Positions 1-10,830 of a DNA stretch of 64,000 bases are shown one piece after another. The notes beneath the pieces are model-generated. The model was not told the DNA's origin. It did not search any database and worked only from the letters and a program-made list of their open reading frames with translations. Origin of the DNA: Vulcanimicrobiota bacterium. Lineage in GTDB: Bacteria > Vulcanimicrobiota > Vulcanimicrobiia > Vulcanimicrobiales > Vulcanimicrobiaceae. The stretch spans positions 864,001 through 928,000 of the forward strand of contig OY968762.1 of assembly GCA_963695225.1 (NCBI GenBank). The letters are read 5' to 3'. Numbering within the stretch: position 1 is the stretch's first letter; every line of letters begins with the position of its first letter. The position numbers were made by a program, and so were the translations under genes.

Positions 1-112
1 AACCGATCCCATCAAGCTGCTCGCCTATCGCATCTTCGATCGCGGTCAAGCGCCGGCGGCGCCCAAGACGCCTATGGATCGTCCGCGGCAGGCCGCAGCC
101 GTCCCTTCGTAG
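1..112 (+). CDS. 3' end (partial) of probable plasma-membrane-type proton-efflux P-type ATPase
   Basis: Frame 2 reads [18 protein letters not shown]...VPS* (TAG 110-112). The [12 protein letters not shown] tail resembles the C-terminus of bacterial P3A H+-ATPases. Only 36 codons are visible. Confidence 0.55.
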   Translation, partial: TDPIKLLAYRIFDRGQAPAAPKTPMDRPRQAAAVPS

Positions 113-179
113 CGACGCTTGGAGTACGGCGCGCTGCGCAGCTTCTAAAAGACACCAGTGCCGGAAAGAAAGAGCGACG

Positions 180-2732
180 ATGAGCAAACAGGACACGGTA
201 ACGACGGTCGGACACAACGGCAGCGCAGCAGCCGCGGAGACCTTCGGCTTCGACGTCGCCTTGTCGACGGCGGTCGCGGGCAACGGTACTGCGGCAGTGC
301 CGCTTCCCAAGGGGCCGCTCACGCCGGACATGCTCGAGCGGATGCATCGTTATTGGCGGGCTGCGAATTATCTCTGCATCGGTCAGATCTACCTCTTCGA
401 GAACCCGCTGCTGCGCGAGCCGCTCAAGGCCGAACAGATCAAGCCGAGGCTGCTCGGGCACTGGGGCACGTCACCGGGGCAAAACCTGATCTACATTCAC
501 CTCAACCGGCTCATCAAGAAGCACGACGCGAACGTCATCTACATCTCAGGTCCGGGACACGGCGGCCCGTCGCTCAACGCGAACTCGTATCTTGAGGGCT
601 CGTACACCGAAGTCCATCCGGAGATCACGCCCGACGAGAACGGCATGAGGCTGCTGTTTCGGAAGTTCTCGACACCGGGCGGCGTGCCGAGCCATTGCGG
701 ACCGCACGTGCCGAATTCGATGCACGAAGGCGGCGAACTCGGGTATTCGCTGCTTCACGCCTTCGGCGCGGCGTTCGACAATCCGGACCTCATCGTCGCC
801 TGCGTGATCGGCGACGGGGAATCCGAGACGTGCCCGCTTGAAGGAAGCTGGAAGTCCAACAGTTTTCTCAATCCGGTGGAGGACGGTGCCGTGCTGCCGA
901 TCCTGCACCTCAACGGCTACAAGATCTCCGGGCCGACCGTGCAAGCGCGAACGGCCGACGAGGACTTACGTGCCCTCTACGCCGGACGCGGTTACAACCC
1001 GTATTTCGTCGAAGGCGACGACCCCAAAACCGTGCACCAACTGCTGGCTGGGGCGCTTGATGCCTGCTACGCCGAGATTCGAGCGATCCAGCAGGAGGCC
1101 CGGGAGCACGGGTTCACAACGCAGCCGGTCTGGCCGATGATCGTCCTGCGCACGCCGAAGGGCTGGACCTGCCCCAAAGAGGTGGACGGCATCCCGCTTG
1201 AAGGAACGTTCCGCGCACACCAAGTCCCGCTTGCGAGCGTTCGGGAGAACCCCGAGCACCTCAAGATCCTCGAGACCTGGATGAAGAGCTACAAGGCGCA
1301 CGAGCTCTTCGATGAGCGTGGCAGATTCATCGACGAGTTGGCGGAGCTCGCGCCCGCGGGGAATCGCCGCATGGGGGGCAACCCGCATGTGAACGGCGGG
1401 CGGGTGCTGACCGATCTCGACCTTCCGGCCTTCACCGATTATGCGCTCGAGATTCCCGGTCCCGGTCAGGTCGTCGCCGAAGCTCCTCGCAAGCTCGGCG
1501 ACTTCTTCGCGGACATCTTCCGCCGGAATCCGAGGAACGTCCGTATCTTCTCCCCCGACGAGACGAACTCCAACCGCTTGAACTCGGTCTTCGGGGCGAC
1601 GAGCCGCCGCTTCATGGCGGAGACGGTTTCGATCGACGAAAAGCTCAGCCCCGACGGGCGCGTGCTCGAAGTCTTGAGCGAGCATTGCTGCGAGGGCTGG
1701 CTCGAAGGCTACCTGTTGACAGGGCGGCACGGCATGTGGTCGTCGTACGAAGCGTTCGCGCAAGTCGTGGATTCCATGCTGACTCAGCACGCCAAATGGC
1801 TCGAGCAATGCCGCGAGTACCCTTGGCGGAAGCCGATCGCATCCTTGAACGTGCTGCTGACGACTCACGCCTGGCGAAACGATCACAACGGCTTCAGCCA
1901 CCAGGCCACCGGCTTCGTCGACAACGCCCTGGCACGCCGCAGCGAGACGATTCGCGTCTACTATCCGCCGGACGGCAATTGCCTGCTCAGCATCTTTGAC
2001 CATTGCCTGCGTAGCCGCAACGCCGTCAACATCGTGACCTGCGGCAAGCAGCCCCAGCTCCAGTGGCTGACGATGGACGAGGCACTCGAACACTGCTCGC
2101 GCGGGGCGTCGACCTGGAAGTTCGCAACGAACGACGGCGGCGGCATGCCCGACGTGGTGCTGGCCTGCGCCGGAGACGTGCCGACCATCGAGATTTGCGC
2201 GGCCTCCTGGCTGTTGCAAAAGCACGTTCCGGGTATCAAAGTGCGCGTGGTCAACGTGGTCGACCTGTGCGCGCTGATGAAGCCGGAAAACCATCCGCAC
2301 GGGATGGACAATATGTCGTTCGACGAGCTCTTCACAGTCGACGCGCCGGTCATCTTCGCCTTCCACAACAACCGCTGGCTGATTCACTCGATGGTGCACG
2401 GACGCTCCAACGAGGCACGCTTCCACGTGCGCGGCTATATGGACCGCGGCACGACGACCACCCCCTTCGACATGGTGGTTCTCAACGAGATGAGCCGCTA
2501 CCATCTCGCGCTCGACGCGCTCTACCAAATTCCAAGGCTCCGCGTAGCTGCCGAGAAAGCGGTCGATCTCTTCAACGCGAAGCTCTACGAGCATCACACC
2601 TACATTCGCGAACATCTCGACGACATGCCCGAGATCACGAACTGGCACTGGACACCCGACTTCAGCGAGGCAGGCTCGCCTCCGCCGCTTGCCAAGGGGC
2701 ACCCGCGGGCAAGCATTTTCACCGACAGCTGA
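180..2732 (+). CDS. xfp: phosphoketolase (xylulose-5-P/fructose-6-P phosphoketolase family)
   Basis: 850 aa; [24 protein letters not shown], ThDP motif [33 protein letters not shown]. Confidence 0.97.
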   Translation: MSKQDTVTTVGHNGSAAAAETFGFDVALSTAVAGNGTAAVPLPKGPLTPDMLERMHRYWRAANYLCIGQIYLFENPLLREPLKAEQIKPRLLGHWGTSPGQNLIYIHLNRLIKKHDANVIYISGPGHGGPSLNANSYLEGSYTEVHPEITPDENGMRLLFRKFSTPGGVPSHCGPHVPNSMHEGGELGYSLLHAFGAAFDNPDLIVACVIGDGESETCPLEGSWKSNSFLNPVEDGAVLPILHLNGYKISGPTVQARTADEDLRALYAGRGYNPYFVEGDDPKTVHQLLAGALDACYAEIRAIQQEAREHGFTTQPVWPMIVLRTPKGWTCPKEVDGIPLEGTFRAHQVPLASVRENPEHLKILETWMKSYKAHELFDERGRFIDELAELAPAGNRRMGGNPHVNGGRVLTDLDLPAFTDYALEIPGPGQVVAEAPRKLGDFFADIFRRNPRNVRIFSPDETNSNRLNSVFGATSRRFMAETVSIDEKLSPDGRVLEVLSEHCCEGWLEGYLLTGRHGMWSSYEAFAQVVDSMLTQHAKWLEQCREYPWRKPIASLNVLLTTHAWRNDHNGFSHQATGFVDNALARRSETIRVYYPPDGNCLLSIFDHCLRSRNAVNIVTCGKQPQLQWLTMDEALEHCSRGASTWKFATNDGGGMPDVVLACAGDVPTIEICAASWLLQKHVPGIKVRVVNVVDLCALMKPENHPHGMDNMSFDELFTVDAPVIFAFHNNRWLIHSMVHGRSNEARFHVRGYMDRGTTTTPFDMVVLNEMSRYHLALDALYQIPRLRVAAEKAVDLFNAKLYEHHTYIREHLDDMPEITNWHWTPDFSEAGSPPPLAKGHPRASIFTDS

Positions 2733-2744
2733 CGCGGTCTCGTC

Positions 2745-3326
2745 ATGCTACGCCTCTACCTCATTCGGCACGGAGAGACCGAGTGGTCACTCTCGGGTCG
2801 GCACACGGGCCGCTCGGATATCCCGCTGACCGCGCACGGGGAGGACCAAGCGCGGGAATTGCGCCGGAGGCTCGAGCACGTTGAATTCTCGACGGTGCTG
2901 ACCAGCCCGCTCCAGCGCGCACGCCGAACGTGCGAGTTGGCCGGGTTGGCGGCCGCCGCCGAAATCGATCCGGACCTCGCAGAATGGCACTACGGCGACT
3001 ACGAGGGGCGCAGCACCGTCGACATTCGCAAAGAGCGACCCGGCTGGAACGTCTTTCGGGACGGTGTCCCCAACGGAGAAACGCCCTCGCAGGCCGGCGA
3101 TCGGGCCGACCAGTTGATCGCGCACCTTCGCTCGTTGAGCGGCGACGTCGCCCTATTCTCGCACGGCCAGTTCGGTTGCGTCTTGGCCGCACGTTGGATC
3201 GGCCTGCCCGTCATCGATGCGCAGCACTTCTCGTTCGGACCGGCGTGCTTGGGCATTCTGGACCATAATCGGGATCATCCCGAAGTGCGCGTGATCGAAC
3301 TCTGGAACGCCGCGCCGGCCTCGTAG
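2745..3326 (+). CDS. histidine phosphatase (phosphoglycerate mutase-like) family protein
   Basis: LIRHGETEWS N-terminal RHG motif, SPLQRA, EWHYGDYEG, FSHG. Confidence 0.92.
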   Translation: MLRLYLIRHGETEWSLSGRHTGRSDIPLTAHGEDQARELRRRLEHVEFSTVLTSPLQRARRTCELAGLAAAAEIDPDLAEWHYGDYEGRSTVDIRKERPGWNVFRDGVPNGETPSQAGDRADQLIAHLRSLSGDVALFSHGQFGCVLAARWIGLPVIDAQHFSFGPACLGILDHNRDHPEVRVIELWNAAPAS

Positions 3327-3330
3327 CATC

Positions 3331-4077
3331 ATGAAAACGCTGATCGTCTTCGACCTCGACGGCACGCTCGCGGAAAGCAAGTCGGCGATCGACAAGGAAA
3401 TGGCAACGCTGCTCGCCGGTCTTCTTGACGTCGTAAAGATCGCGATCATCTCCGGGGGAGACTTGCCGCAATTTCAAAAGCAAGTGCTCGCTCATCTGCC
3501 GCAGGGCGCCCCTCTGGGCAACCTGTCGCTGCTTCCGACGTGCGGAACGAGGTTCTTCCAATATCGGGACGGCGGCTGGCAAAAGCTCTACTCGGAAGAT
3601 CTCACCGAAGCACAGGTGCGGAAGATCGTCGGTGCGCTCGAGGAGGCGGTGCGTGCAACCGGCCTTCAGGAAAAGAAAATCTGGGGCGAACTCATCGAGG
3701 ACCGGGAGAGCCAGATCACTTACTCCGCGCTCGGTCAGCAAGCGCCGTTAAAAGAGAAGAAAAAGTGGGACCCCGATTTCGCGAAACGCAAGAAGATCAA
3801 AGCCATCCTCGACTGGTCGCTGCCGGATTTCTCCGTGCGCTTGGGCGGGTCGACGTCGATCGACGTCACGTTGCCCGGGATCGACAAAGCTTACGGCATC
3901 AGGAAGCTTCGCGACGTCCTGGGCGTTCCGATCGCGGAGATGATCTACGTGGGAGACGCCCTCTTTCCGGGCGGCAACGACTACCCGGCGCGCGAGACCG
4001 GCGCGGTTTGCATCCAAGTAGCGAATCCCGACGAGACGAAACGCGTGATCGAGGCCATCACGGCATGCTCGAGCTGA
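3331..4077 (+). CDS. HAD-IIB family hydrolase (phosphomannomutase-like)
   Basis: FDLDGTL motif I, ISGG, GGSTSIDVT..GIDKAY, YVGDALFPGGND. Confidence 0.9.
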   Translation: MKTLIVFDLDGTLAESKSAIDKEMATLLAGLLDVVKIAIISGGDLPQFQKQVLAHLPQGAPLGNLSLLPTCGTRFFQYRDGGWQKLYSEDLTEAQVRKIVGALEEAVRATGLQEKKIWGELIEDRESQITYSALGQQAPLKEKKKWDPDFAKRKKIKAILDWSLPDFSVRLGGSTSIDVTLPGIDKAYGIRKLRDVLGVPIAEMIYVGDALFPGGNDYPARETGAVCIQVANPDETKRVIEAITACSS

Positions 4078-4433
4078 GAGGCGCAAACGATGGGCGCGCT
4101 TGTTACGCTCCGGCTCTCGCTAATCGCCGGTCTTGTGGCCGGGGCATCCCGGCCAGTCGGCGAAATGTCATCCGCTTAGGCAATCGGCCGCGGTTCAGCG
4201 TCTCAGCACAAGCAAGCGATGCTGGGGCGAGGAATACGCTTGCGGAGTATTGCCCGCACTTCTTCCCTCGCTAACGCAAGAAAGCGACGAGATGCCGAAA
4301 ATCCCTCGGCGGGCAGCTAAAATCGCACACCTGGGGGCACTTCAAAACCGCACACTACCCGGTGGGCAGTTCAAAATCGCACACCTGATGTAGCCTCGGG
4401 CACGCCAAGGGTGGCAGCGCGAACAGCGTTGCC

Positions 4434-6002
4434 ATGAACGTACTGGACGTGGCCGATCGAGACCGTATTCTGAACCTGCTGCGCAAGCGCTGGAGCATCC
4501 GGCACGTCGCGCGCGAAACCGGACACCGGCACGAAACGATCCGCCGTTACGGGGTCGAGGCCGGCATCCTGGCGCCAAGGCCGGCAAAAGGTACCACCCC
4601 GGCCGAAGTGGCCGCCGACCCAAAACCGCACACCGAGCCCGAAGTGCCCACCGGGTCGGCTCCAAAACCGCACACCGAGCCCGAAGTGCCCACCGGGTCG
4701 ACGCGCAGCAGCGCCGAGCCGTTTCGGGAGTTCATCGAGGCAGAATTGCGCAAGGGCCGCAACGCCAAGGCGATCTTCCAAGACCTGGTCCTGCATCGCG
4801 GTCACACCGGCTCCTACGACGCGGTGAAGCGGCTGGCTCGCACGTTGCGAAAGCGCGAACCGAAGATCAGTTGCCGCTTCGAAACCGACCCTGGTCAAGA
4901 AGCCCAGGTCGATTACGGCGAAGGCGCGCCTGCGCGCGATCCGCGCACCGGCAAGTATCGCAAACCGCGCCTGTTTGTGATGACGCTTGGCAACAGCCGC
5001 CACGCGTTTCGCAAAGTCGTCTGGACCTCGTCGACGGAGATCTGGTGCCGGCTGCACGAGGAAGCATTCGCGTACTTCGGCGGCGCGACGCACACGATTC
5101 GCCTCGACAATCTCAAAGAGGGCGTTCTTAAGCCCGACGTTTGGGACCCGCAGCTCAATCCGCTCTACGCCAAGCTGCTCGAACATTACGGCGTTGTTCC
5201 GCTACCCTGTCGGCCGCACGCTCCCGATCTCAAGGGCAAAGTTGAATCGGCGGTCGGCTATACGCAAGGCACGGCCCTGAAGGGAAAGCGCTTTGAGAGC
5301 ATCGAGGACGAGAACGCGCATCTGTTCCAGTGGAACGAGAACTGCGCGGCAACGCGAATCCACGGCACGACCAAGCGGCAAGTGCGGGCGATGTTCGAAG
5401 AGGAGCGGTCGCATCTCTTGCCGCTGCCGGCCAGGCGCTTTGAGTACTACCGCATCTGCGAGCGGACGGTGCACTTTGACGGCTACATCGAAGTCGACGC
5501 TGCCTACTACTCGGCGCCGCCGCGCTACGTTGGTAGCAAGGTGGTCGTGCACGTCGGCAGGCTGTGGCTGCGCATCGTTGATCGCACGACGCACGAATGC
5601 CTGCGCGAGCACACGATCGCGCTGCAGAAAGGCCAGCGCCGGACGCACGAGGCCGATCGCCCGCGGCAGACGCCGATCAGGGTCGAGAAACTGGCCGCTC
5701 GGATCGCCGGAGCGGGGCCCGGCTGCGCGGCCTTTGCGCAAAAGCTGATCGACACTCGCGGCGCGATCGCTCTGCGCGCGCTCTATGGGATGCTGGACCT
5801 GCTGCGCCGCTACGGAGCCGACGACGTCGACCAGGCATGTGCGTTTGCGGCACGATCGGGGATCTCGAGCTTTCGGTTCGTTCGAACATATCTCCAGCAC
5901 CACGCAACGCCGCTGAAACTCAAAGGTGAGCATCACATCATTCCGGAGATCGCGATCTACACAACGCACTTCGCCACCGTTACGCAAGGAGCAACCCCAT
6001 GA
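4434..6002 (+). CDS. istA: IS21 transposase IstA
   Basis: N-terminal HTH, RFETDPGQEAQVDYG, DNLKEG, KGKVESAV DDE motifs, RIHGTT. Confidence 0.96.
   Translation: MNVLDVADRDRILNLLRKRWSIRHVARETGHRHETIRRYGVEAGILAPRPAKGTTPAEVAADPKPHTEPEVPTGSAPKPHTEPEVPTGSTRSSAEPFREFIEAELRKGRNAKAIFQDLVLHRGHTGSYDAVKRLARTLRKREPKISCRFETDPGQEAQVDYGEGAPARDPRTGKYRKPRLFVMTLGNSRHAFRKVVWTSSTEIWCRLHEEAFAYFGGATHTIRLDNLKEGVLKPDVWDPQLNPLYAKLLEHYGVVPLPCRPHAPDLKGKVESAVGYTQGTALKGKRFESIEDENAHLFQWNENCAATRIHGTTKRQVRAMFEEERSHLLPLPARRFEYYRICERTVHFDGYIEVDAAYYSAPPRYVGSKVVVHVGRLWLRIVDRTTHECLREHTIALQKGQRRTHEADRPRQTPIRVEKLAARIAGAGPGCAAFAQKLIDTRGAIALRALYGMLDLLRRYGADDVDQACAFAARSGISSFRFVRTYLQHHATPLKLKGEHHIIPEIAIYTTHFATVTQGATP
4620..4700 (+). 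repeat. 42-bp-period tandem repeat within istA (two identical 39-bp copies)
   Basis: CCAAAACCGCACACCGAGCCCGAAGTGCCCACCGGGTCG at 4620-4658 and 4662-4700, encoding PKPHTEPEVPTGS twice. Confidence 0.95.
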
Positions 6003-6763
6003 CCAACGACGAACTCGACCGCGCTCTGCGGCAACTGCGCATGAGCGGCATGGCCGACGCCGTTCCGATCCGAACGCAGCAGGCCCGTGCTGAGAACCTC
6101 GGCCCGCTCGATTTCATCAGCTTACTCGTGCACGATGAGCTGCAGCGGCGGCGGGATCGACTCATCGAGCGCCGCGTCAAGGCCGCCGGCTTTCGCGACC
6201 AGAGAACGCTCGACACGTTCGACTGGAAATTCAACACGCTCGATCGCGCGCTCATCTTCGAACTGGCCAACGGGCGCTTTATCGAACAACACGAGGACGT
6301 TCTGTTACTCGGCAACGCCGGCGTTGGGAAAAGCCATATCGCGCAGGCGATCGGCATGGCCGCTATTCATGCTGGTTTCCGCGTATTGTACCGCGAGGCG
6401 CACGCGCTCTTCGAAGACTTCCTTCTCGCTGGCGCGACCGGCGAGCGCGGCACCGCGATCGCGACCTTTAGCGAGATACCCTTGCTCATCATCGACGACT
6501 TGGGGATGCGCAAACTCCCCGCCAACGCAGCCGAGGATTTGCTCGAAATCGTCATGCGACGCTACGAGCGAGCATCGACGATTCTGACCTCGAACCGACC
6601 GCTCGACGATTGGCCTAAGCTCTTCGGCGACACGCCCGCCGTTGCGGCCTTTCTCGACCGGCTAATGCATCATTCGCATCTGATCGAGATTCGCGGCAAG
6701 AGTTATCGGCTCCACGAGCACAGCATCGCGGCCCGCCACCGGAAGGCAAAGGCGAGCGCGTAG
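5999..6763 (+). CDS. istB: IS21 helper ATPase IstB
   Basis: Walker A GNAGVGKSH, Walker B LLIIDDLG, TSNRP, DRLMHH; ATGA overlap with istA. Confidence 0.96.
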   Translation: MTNDELDRALRQLRMSGMADAVPIRTQQARAENLGPLDFISLLVHDELQRRRDRLIERRVKAAGFRDQRTLDTFDWKFNTLDRALIFELANGRFIEQHEDVLLLGNAGVGKSHIAQAIGMAAIHAGFRVLYREAHALFEDFLLAGATGERGTAIATFSEIPLLIIDDLGMRKLPANAAEDLLEIVMRRYERASTILTSNRPLDDWPKLFGDTPAVAAFLDRLMHHSHLIEIRGKSYRLHEHSIAARHRKAKASA

Positions 6764-8003
6764 CCAACGATTGCGACAAACATCACTCAGCCCGAGGCGT
6801 GCGGTTTTCAACTGCCCACGGGTGTGCGGTTTTGAGCTGCCCCCTGAGGGAAAATCGACCACGCAGATCTGCTGGCAAAACCGGGTCACGACATCCACCT
6901 GGCAGATTTCGATCCAGCCTTCACCTCCGGCTTCAAAGACAAGGAGCACGCGGAAGAAAAGCTTCGAGACGATCTCGAGCACTTATCGGCGCTTCAAGAT
7001 GTCTTTTACGCCGATCAACGGTATGCGCTTCTCATCGTCTTCCAGGGCATGGATGCAGCAGGCAAAGACGGCGCGATCCGGCACGTGATGTCGGGAGTCA
7101 GTCCGCAGGGCGTCGACGTCTACCCTTTCAAGCAGCCTTCCGAGCGAGAACTGTCGCACGATTACCTTTGGCGCTGTGCCAAAGTTCTGCCCGAGCGGGG
7201 ACGGATAGCCATCTTTAATCGCTCGTACTATGAGGAGCTGACCGTCATTCGGGTTCACGAGTCCCTGCTCGAACGCGAGCGGCTGCCGCTGAAACCGTCC
7301 GGGAGCCGGCTATGGAAGGAGCGCTACCAAGACATCGTCTCGTTCGAGAGCCACCTGGTGCGCAACGGCACGCTGATCCTGAAATTCTTTCTGCACCTCT
7401 CGAAAGACGAGCAACGCAAGCGCTTGCTCGAGCGCATCGACACGCCCGAAAAGAATTGGAAGATTTCGCCGGCAGACGTGCAAGAGCGCGCGTTTTGGGA
7501 GGGCTACCGGCACGCCTACGAAGACCTGCTCACGCACACGAGCACCGAGCACGCGCCGTGGTACGTGATTCCCGCGGACCGCAAGTGGTTTACGCGCGCG
7601 GCCGTCGCCGACGTCATCGTCGCGCGGCTGAAAGCGCTGGGGCTCGTATATCCTAGCGTCACCGACGAGCAGCGAGCGCAGCTCGAGGCGGAGCGCGCGA
7701 AGCTCGCCGACGGAACGAACGGCTGACAAGTCATGGCCGCGCGCGGCCGAGCCAACTGCCGGTCGGGCATGCTCCGTCAATTGCGCATCCGAATCATTGC
7801 GCCATCCTGTTGCGACTCGGGCGGTGCGCCTGCCGAGTAGCCACAGGACGATCAGCAGAACGGCGGCGGTACTCATCATCGCTCGCGAGCACCGCGTCGA
7901 CGGTCGCGGGCGTTCGGTCAGAACGCGATCCGAATCGCCGGCCACGCCACTCTCGCCGTCACAGACGACTCCAGCCGGAAGGCGATTCTGCGGAGTCTAA
8001 GCC

Positions 8004-9425
8004 ATGAGGGGCATCGTAACTTTGAATTCAAAAATCGGCCCTGTCAGTCAGGCTTCTGGAATTCGACCGGCCCGTATCCTGATTCTTGGCGGTGGCTTCG
8101 CAGGGATCTCGACGGCCCGCCGTCTCGAGCGTCTGCTGAGCCCGCGCGAGGCGGAAATTACTGTCGTCAGTCGCGAGAACTTTTCTCTGTTCACGCCGAT
8201 GCTGCCCGAAGTCTCGTCCGGCAACCTCGAATCGCGGCACGTCGTGACGCCGGTGCGTGCGCAACTCAAAAGGTCGCACTTCATCCTCGGTGAGGTGCGC
8301 ACGATCGACCTCGAGGCGAGGTTTGTCGATGTGGAGCACATCATGCTCGGTTCGAGTCAGAGACTCTCTTACGACCATTTGGTGCTCTGCTTGGGCGCGG
8401 TGACCTCGACGTTCGGTTTACCGGGTATCGCGGAGCGCGCCTTTCCGCTCAAGTCGCTTGAGGACGCCGAGCGGCTGCGCAACCACGTGATCGGGATGCT
8501 GGAGCTCGCGGACGTAACCGTGGACGCGGTCGAGCGCAAGCGGTTGCTGACATTTGTGTTCGTCGGCGGCGGATTCACCGGGGTCGAGGCGGCGGGAGAG
8601 ATGATCGATTTCTTTAAGAGCGCGCTCCGCTTTTATCGCTCGATCGATCCGCGTGAGATCGAGATCGTCCTCATCGACGGCGGCAAGAAGCTGCTTCCGG
8701 AATTGCCGGCCGGGATGGGTGAATATAGCGCTAAAGCGCTCGAGCGGCGCGGCGTGCGCGTCGTGCTCGGGACGAATGTCTCGGGCGCATTCGATGACGG
8801 TCTGCATCTCGCGGACGGCACGATCCTCGCGACGGCGACCATCGTGTGGAGCGCCGGCGTCAAACCCTCTCCTGCCGTCGCTGCCTCGCCGATCGGTACC
8901 GGTCGCGGCGGTTCGATCCCGGTCAACTCCGATCTCTCCGTTCCCAATTATCCCGGCGTCTGGGCCCTTGGGGATTGCGCTACGATTCCGGCACCCGATG
9001 GATCGCATTATCCCCCTACTGCGCAGCACGCTCTCCGCGAAGGTCCGTTTCTCGCCGCGAATATCGCGGCCGTCCTGCGCGGGCGCCCCACCGCGCCGTT
9101 CCGCTATCGGTCGATGGGGGTGATGGCCTCGCTAGGCGGGCGGCGAGGCGTTGCCGGTTTCCGCGGCGGCTTTCTGCTCACTGGGTTCTTCGCATGGTTC
9201 GTGTGGCGAACGTATTACCTGCTCCGCCTGCCCGGGCTCGACCGGCAGGCAAGGGTCGCCTTCGACTGGACGCTCGGTCTCGTCTTTCCACGTGACATCT
9301 CCGAACTGCGAGTCTACACGGAGAGCGCGCAAGCGAACTCTCTGCGCGAAGCCGGAATCAATGCCCACTCCGGGGTTGGGCCTCCGCTCGAGCCTCTGCC
9401 GACACTCGCGAAGAACGCGCCATAG
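8004..9425 (+). CDS. ndh: NAD(P)/FAD-dependent oxidoreductase, type II NADH dehydrogenase family
   Basis: ILGGGFAG, FTPMLPEV, VGGGFTGVE, WSAGV, ALGDCA, PPTAQHA, WFVWRTYYL. Confidence 0.88.
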   Translation: MRGIVTLNSKIGPVSQASGIRPARILILGGGFAGISTARRLERLLSPREAEITVVSRENFSLFTPMLPEVSSGNLESRHVVTPVRAQLKRSHFILGEVRTIDLEARFVDVEHIMLGSSQRLSYDHLVLCLGAVTSTFGLPGIAERAFPLKSLEDAERLRNHVIGMLELADVTVDAVERKRLLTFVFVGGGFTGVEAAGEMIDFFKSALRFYRSIDPREIEIVLIDGGKKLLPELPAGMGEYSAKALERRGVRVVLGTNVSGAFDDGLHLADGTILATATIVWSAGVKPSPAVAASPIGTGRGGSIPVNSDLSVPNYPGVWALGDCATIPAPDGSHYPPTAQHALREGPFLAANIAAVLRGRPTAPFRYRSMGVMASLGGRRGVAGFRGGFLLTGFFAWFVWRTYYLLRLPGLDRQARVAFDWTLGLVFPRDISELRVYTESAQANSLREAGINAHSGVGPPLEPLPTLAKNAP

Positions 9426-9673
9426 ACGCGGTCCGCCCCGCGGCCGGTTTGAGGACCTGGTCGTCCCGATGCGAGGTGCTGATGACGGCGTCATCGCCGA
9501 GGACTGGTGCCGCGGCGACCTAGCCGTCAGTTGAACCGCCTCCAGCTGCCGGCTCGGGCGCAAGTAGGCGCTTTCTCCACGTCAGTTGCGGCGATCGACA
9601 CTACGAGCGGATACACGAGCAATACCAGATACGGATTACCCCGAGCTCGCGCCAACCGATCAATGAGCTGAAC

Positions 9674-9847
9674 GAGCGTCACCTGGTGCGTAACGGCACG
9701 CTGATCCTGAAGTTCTTTCTGCACCTCGCGAAGGACGAGCAGCGCAAACGTTTGTTCGAGCGCATCGACACGCGGATCGCGCGATACTCGCCGGCGGAAC
9801 GAACGGTTGACAAGTTGTGGCCGGGCGCGGCCGAGCCAACCGCCGGA
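9674..9847 (+). pseudogene. degenerate, internally deleted second copy of the ppk2 3' region
   Basis: 9674-9773 resembles 7347-7445 ([29 protein letters not shown]). It is fused directly to a copy of about 7688-7762 (ppk2 stop region and 3' flank). Confidence 0.85.
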
Positions 9848-9898
9848 CGGCCCGCTCTAGGCGTGGTGTGGTCTAAGCTGCCTTGGGAATGAACTGAT

Positions 9899-10111
9899 AT
9901 GGACGACTATAAGAACAGCCTCCCCGGCGAAGTCGACGACCATCCCGATTCGGGTATGCTCCATCAATTGCGCACGCAGGCCGATAAGGAACGCACGCTG
10001 ACTCGACATGAAGCCGACGTCGCCGGGATTACCGACACCCCGGAGACCGAGTACGGCGAGGGCTCGCTCAACCCGAATGCCGAGGACCAGCGCGATGCCC
10101 ATAAGGCATGA
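9899..10111 (+). CDS. small acidic hypothetical protein
   Basis: 70-aa ORF with ATG start; no recognisable motif. Confidence 0.5.
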   Translation: MDDYKNSLPGEVDDHPDSGMLHQLRTQADKERTLTRHEADVAGITDTPETEYGEGSLNPNAEDQRDAHKA

Positions 10112-10293
10112 GGCCGGGAGTTGAACCAGCCGCAATTTACGACGGGACGGGGGCCGAAGGTCTGCAGCTCACGTCGATGCGCATCGCCGGACTATGCCTT
10201 TGGCGCGACGATCCATTGGCGCGCTGCATCCGCCTCACTAGAACTAAAGGCGCGGGCTCTTCCGGGGAGCGGAGGAGAGTCTTCAGCTCGGCT

Positions 10294-10770
10294 TCAGTCG
10301 CCATGATACCCCAAACGTTCCTGCTCGCTGGGCTCCTGTTGGGACATCGGGAAGTGCGGGTACAGGTATCCGGAGCCCCAATACGGTGAAAGCCCGTAGT
10401 AGCCGTAGAACGGCTCCCAGTATTCTCGCGGTGGCCTGTCAATAAGGGCAGGATCGTAGGCCGGTGAGTTGACGACGCGATCGCGTGTTTCGTTGATATG
10501 GACCCTGTCTTTGGCAACGCTCGTTATTGCATCGACCGGAAGCAGAAAGTGCCGGTCGCCGAGACCGAGGAAACCACCCGCACGAACTTCGAGCATCCGG
10601 ACCTTCCGCTCGCCCACGTCGATGAACAGAGCGCTTACGCGACCAATCTCCTCATTGTGCCGATCGATCACTTTGCGATTGCGGATGTCCTGAGCCGAGT
10701 CTGCAAGAGCGAGGTCCGTATCGTTCAGCTTTGCAAGTTCAGTATTCGTCGCATGTTGACGTTGGCTCAT
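10294..10770 (-). CDS. PRC-barrel domain protein
   Basis: DIRNRKVIDRHNEEIGRVSALFID...GGFLGLGDRHFLLPVDAI...SPAYDP; AGGAAG RBS upstream. Confidence 0.9.
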   Translation of the reverse strand: MSQRQHATNTELAKLNDTDLALADSAQDIRNRKVIDRHNEEIGRVSALFIDVGERKVRMLEVRAGGFLGLGDRHFLLPVDAITSVAKDRVHINETRDRVVNSPAYDPALIDRPPREYWEPFYGYYGLSPYWGSGYLYPHFPMSQQEPSEQERLGYHGD

Positions 10771-10830
10771 GGTATCTTCCTGTAATGCCTCGGTTGGCCG
10801 CGAAGTTCGCTGCGCCGGCTGAAGCCGGCC

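Larger units (their letters stand above)
4303..6850 (+). mobile_element. IS21-family insertion sequence (istA-istB)
   Basis: Imperfect terminal IRs CCCTCGGCGGGCAGCTAAAATCGCACACC (4303-) and the reverse complement of GGTGTGCGGTTTTGAGCTGCCCCCTGAGGG (-6850). Three left and two right subterminal AAAA(C/T)CGCAC repeats. Flanking direct repeat AAAAT (4298-4302 / 6851-6855), or GAAAATC if the ends are 1 bp shorter. Confidence 0.93.
4292..7726 (+). pseudogene. ppk2: polyphosphate kinase 2 (PPK2) family gene interrupted after codon 4 by an IS21 element
   Basis: ATG CCG AAA ATC at 4292-4303 joins in frame with 6857 onward (DHADLLAKPGHDIHLADFDP...LIVFQGMDAAGKDG...IFNRSYYE...KNWKIS...PWYVIPADRKW) once the IS and one target duplication are removed. 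Confidence 0.9.

Noticed and set aside
966..2702. Long antisense/alternate-frame ORFs (e.g. 966-2702, 39395-41074, 59748-61679, 55399-56895)
   Set aside because: They shadow well-supported genes on the opposite strand; expected in GC-rich DNA; no motifs.
4310..4390. Short repeats resembling a CRISPR array
   Set aside because: They are IS21 subterminal repeats; no unique spacers and no cas genes. No CRISPR array was seen in the window.
7049..7726. 225-aa ORF as an intact ppk2
   Set aside because: It is the 3' part of a gene whose true start (4292) is separated by the IS21.
7730..7880. Small membrane-peptide-like reading MMSTAAVLLIVLWLLG on the minus strand
   Set aside because: Only the first 16 residues look plausible; cannot be supported as a gene.
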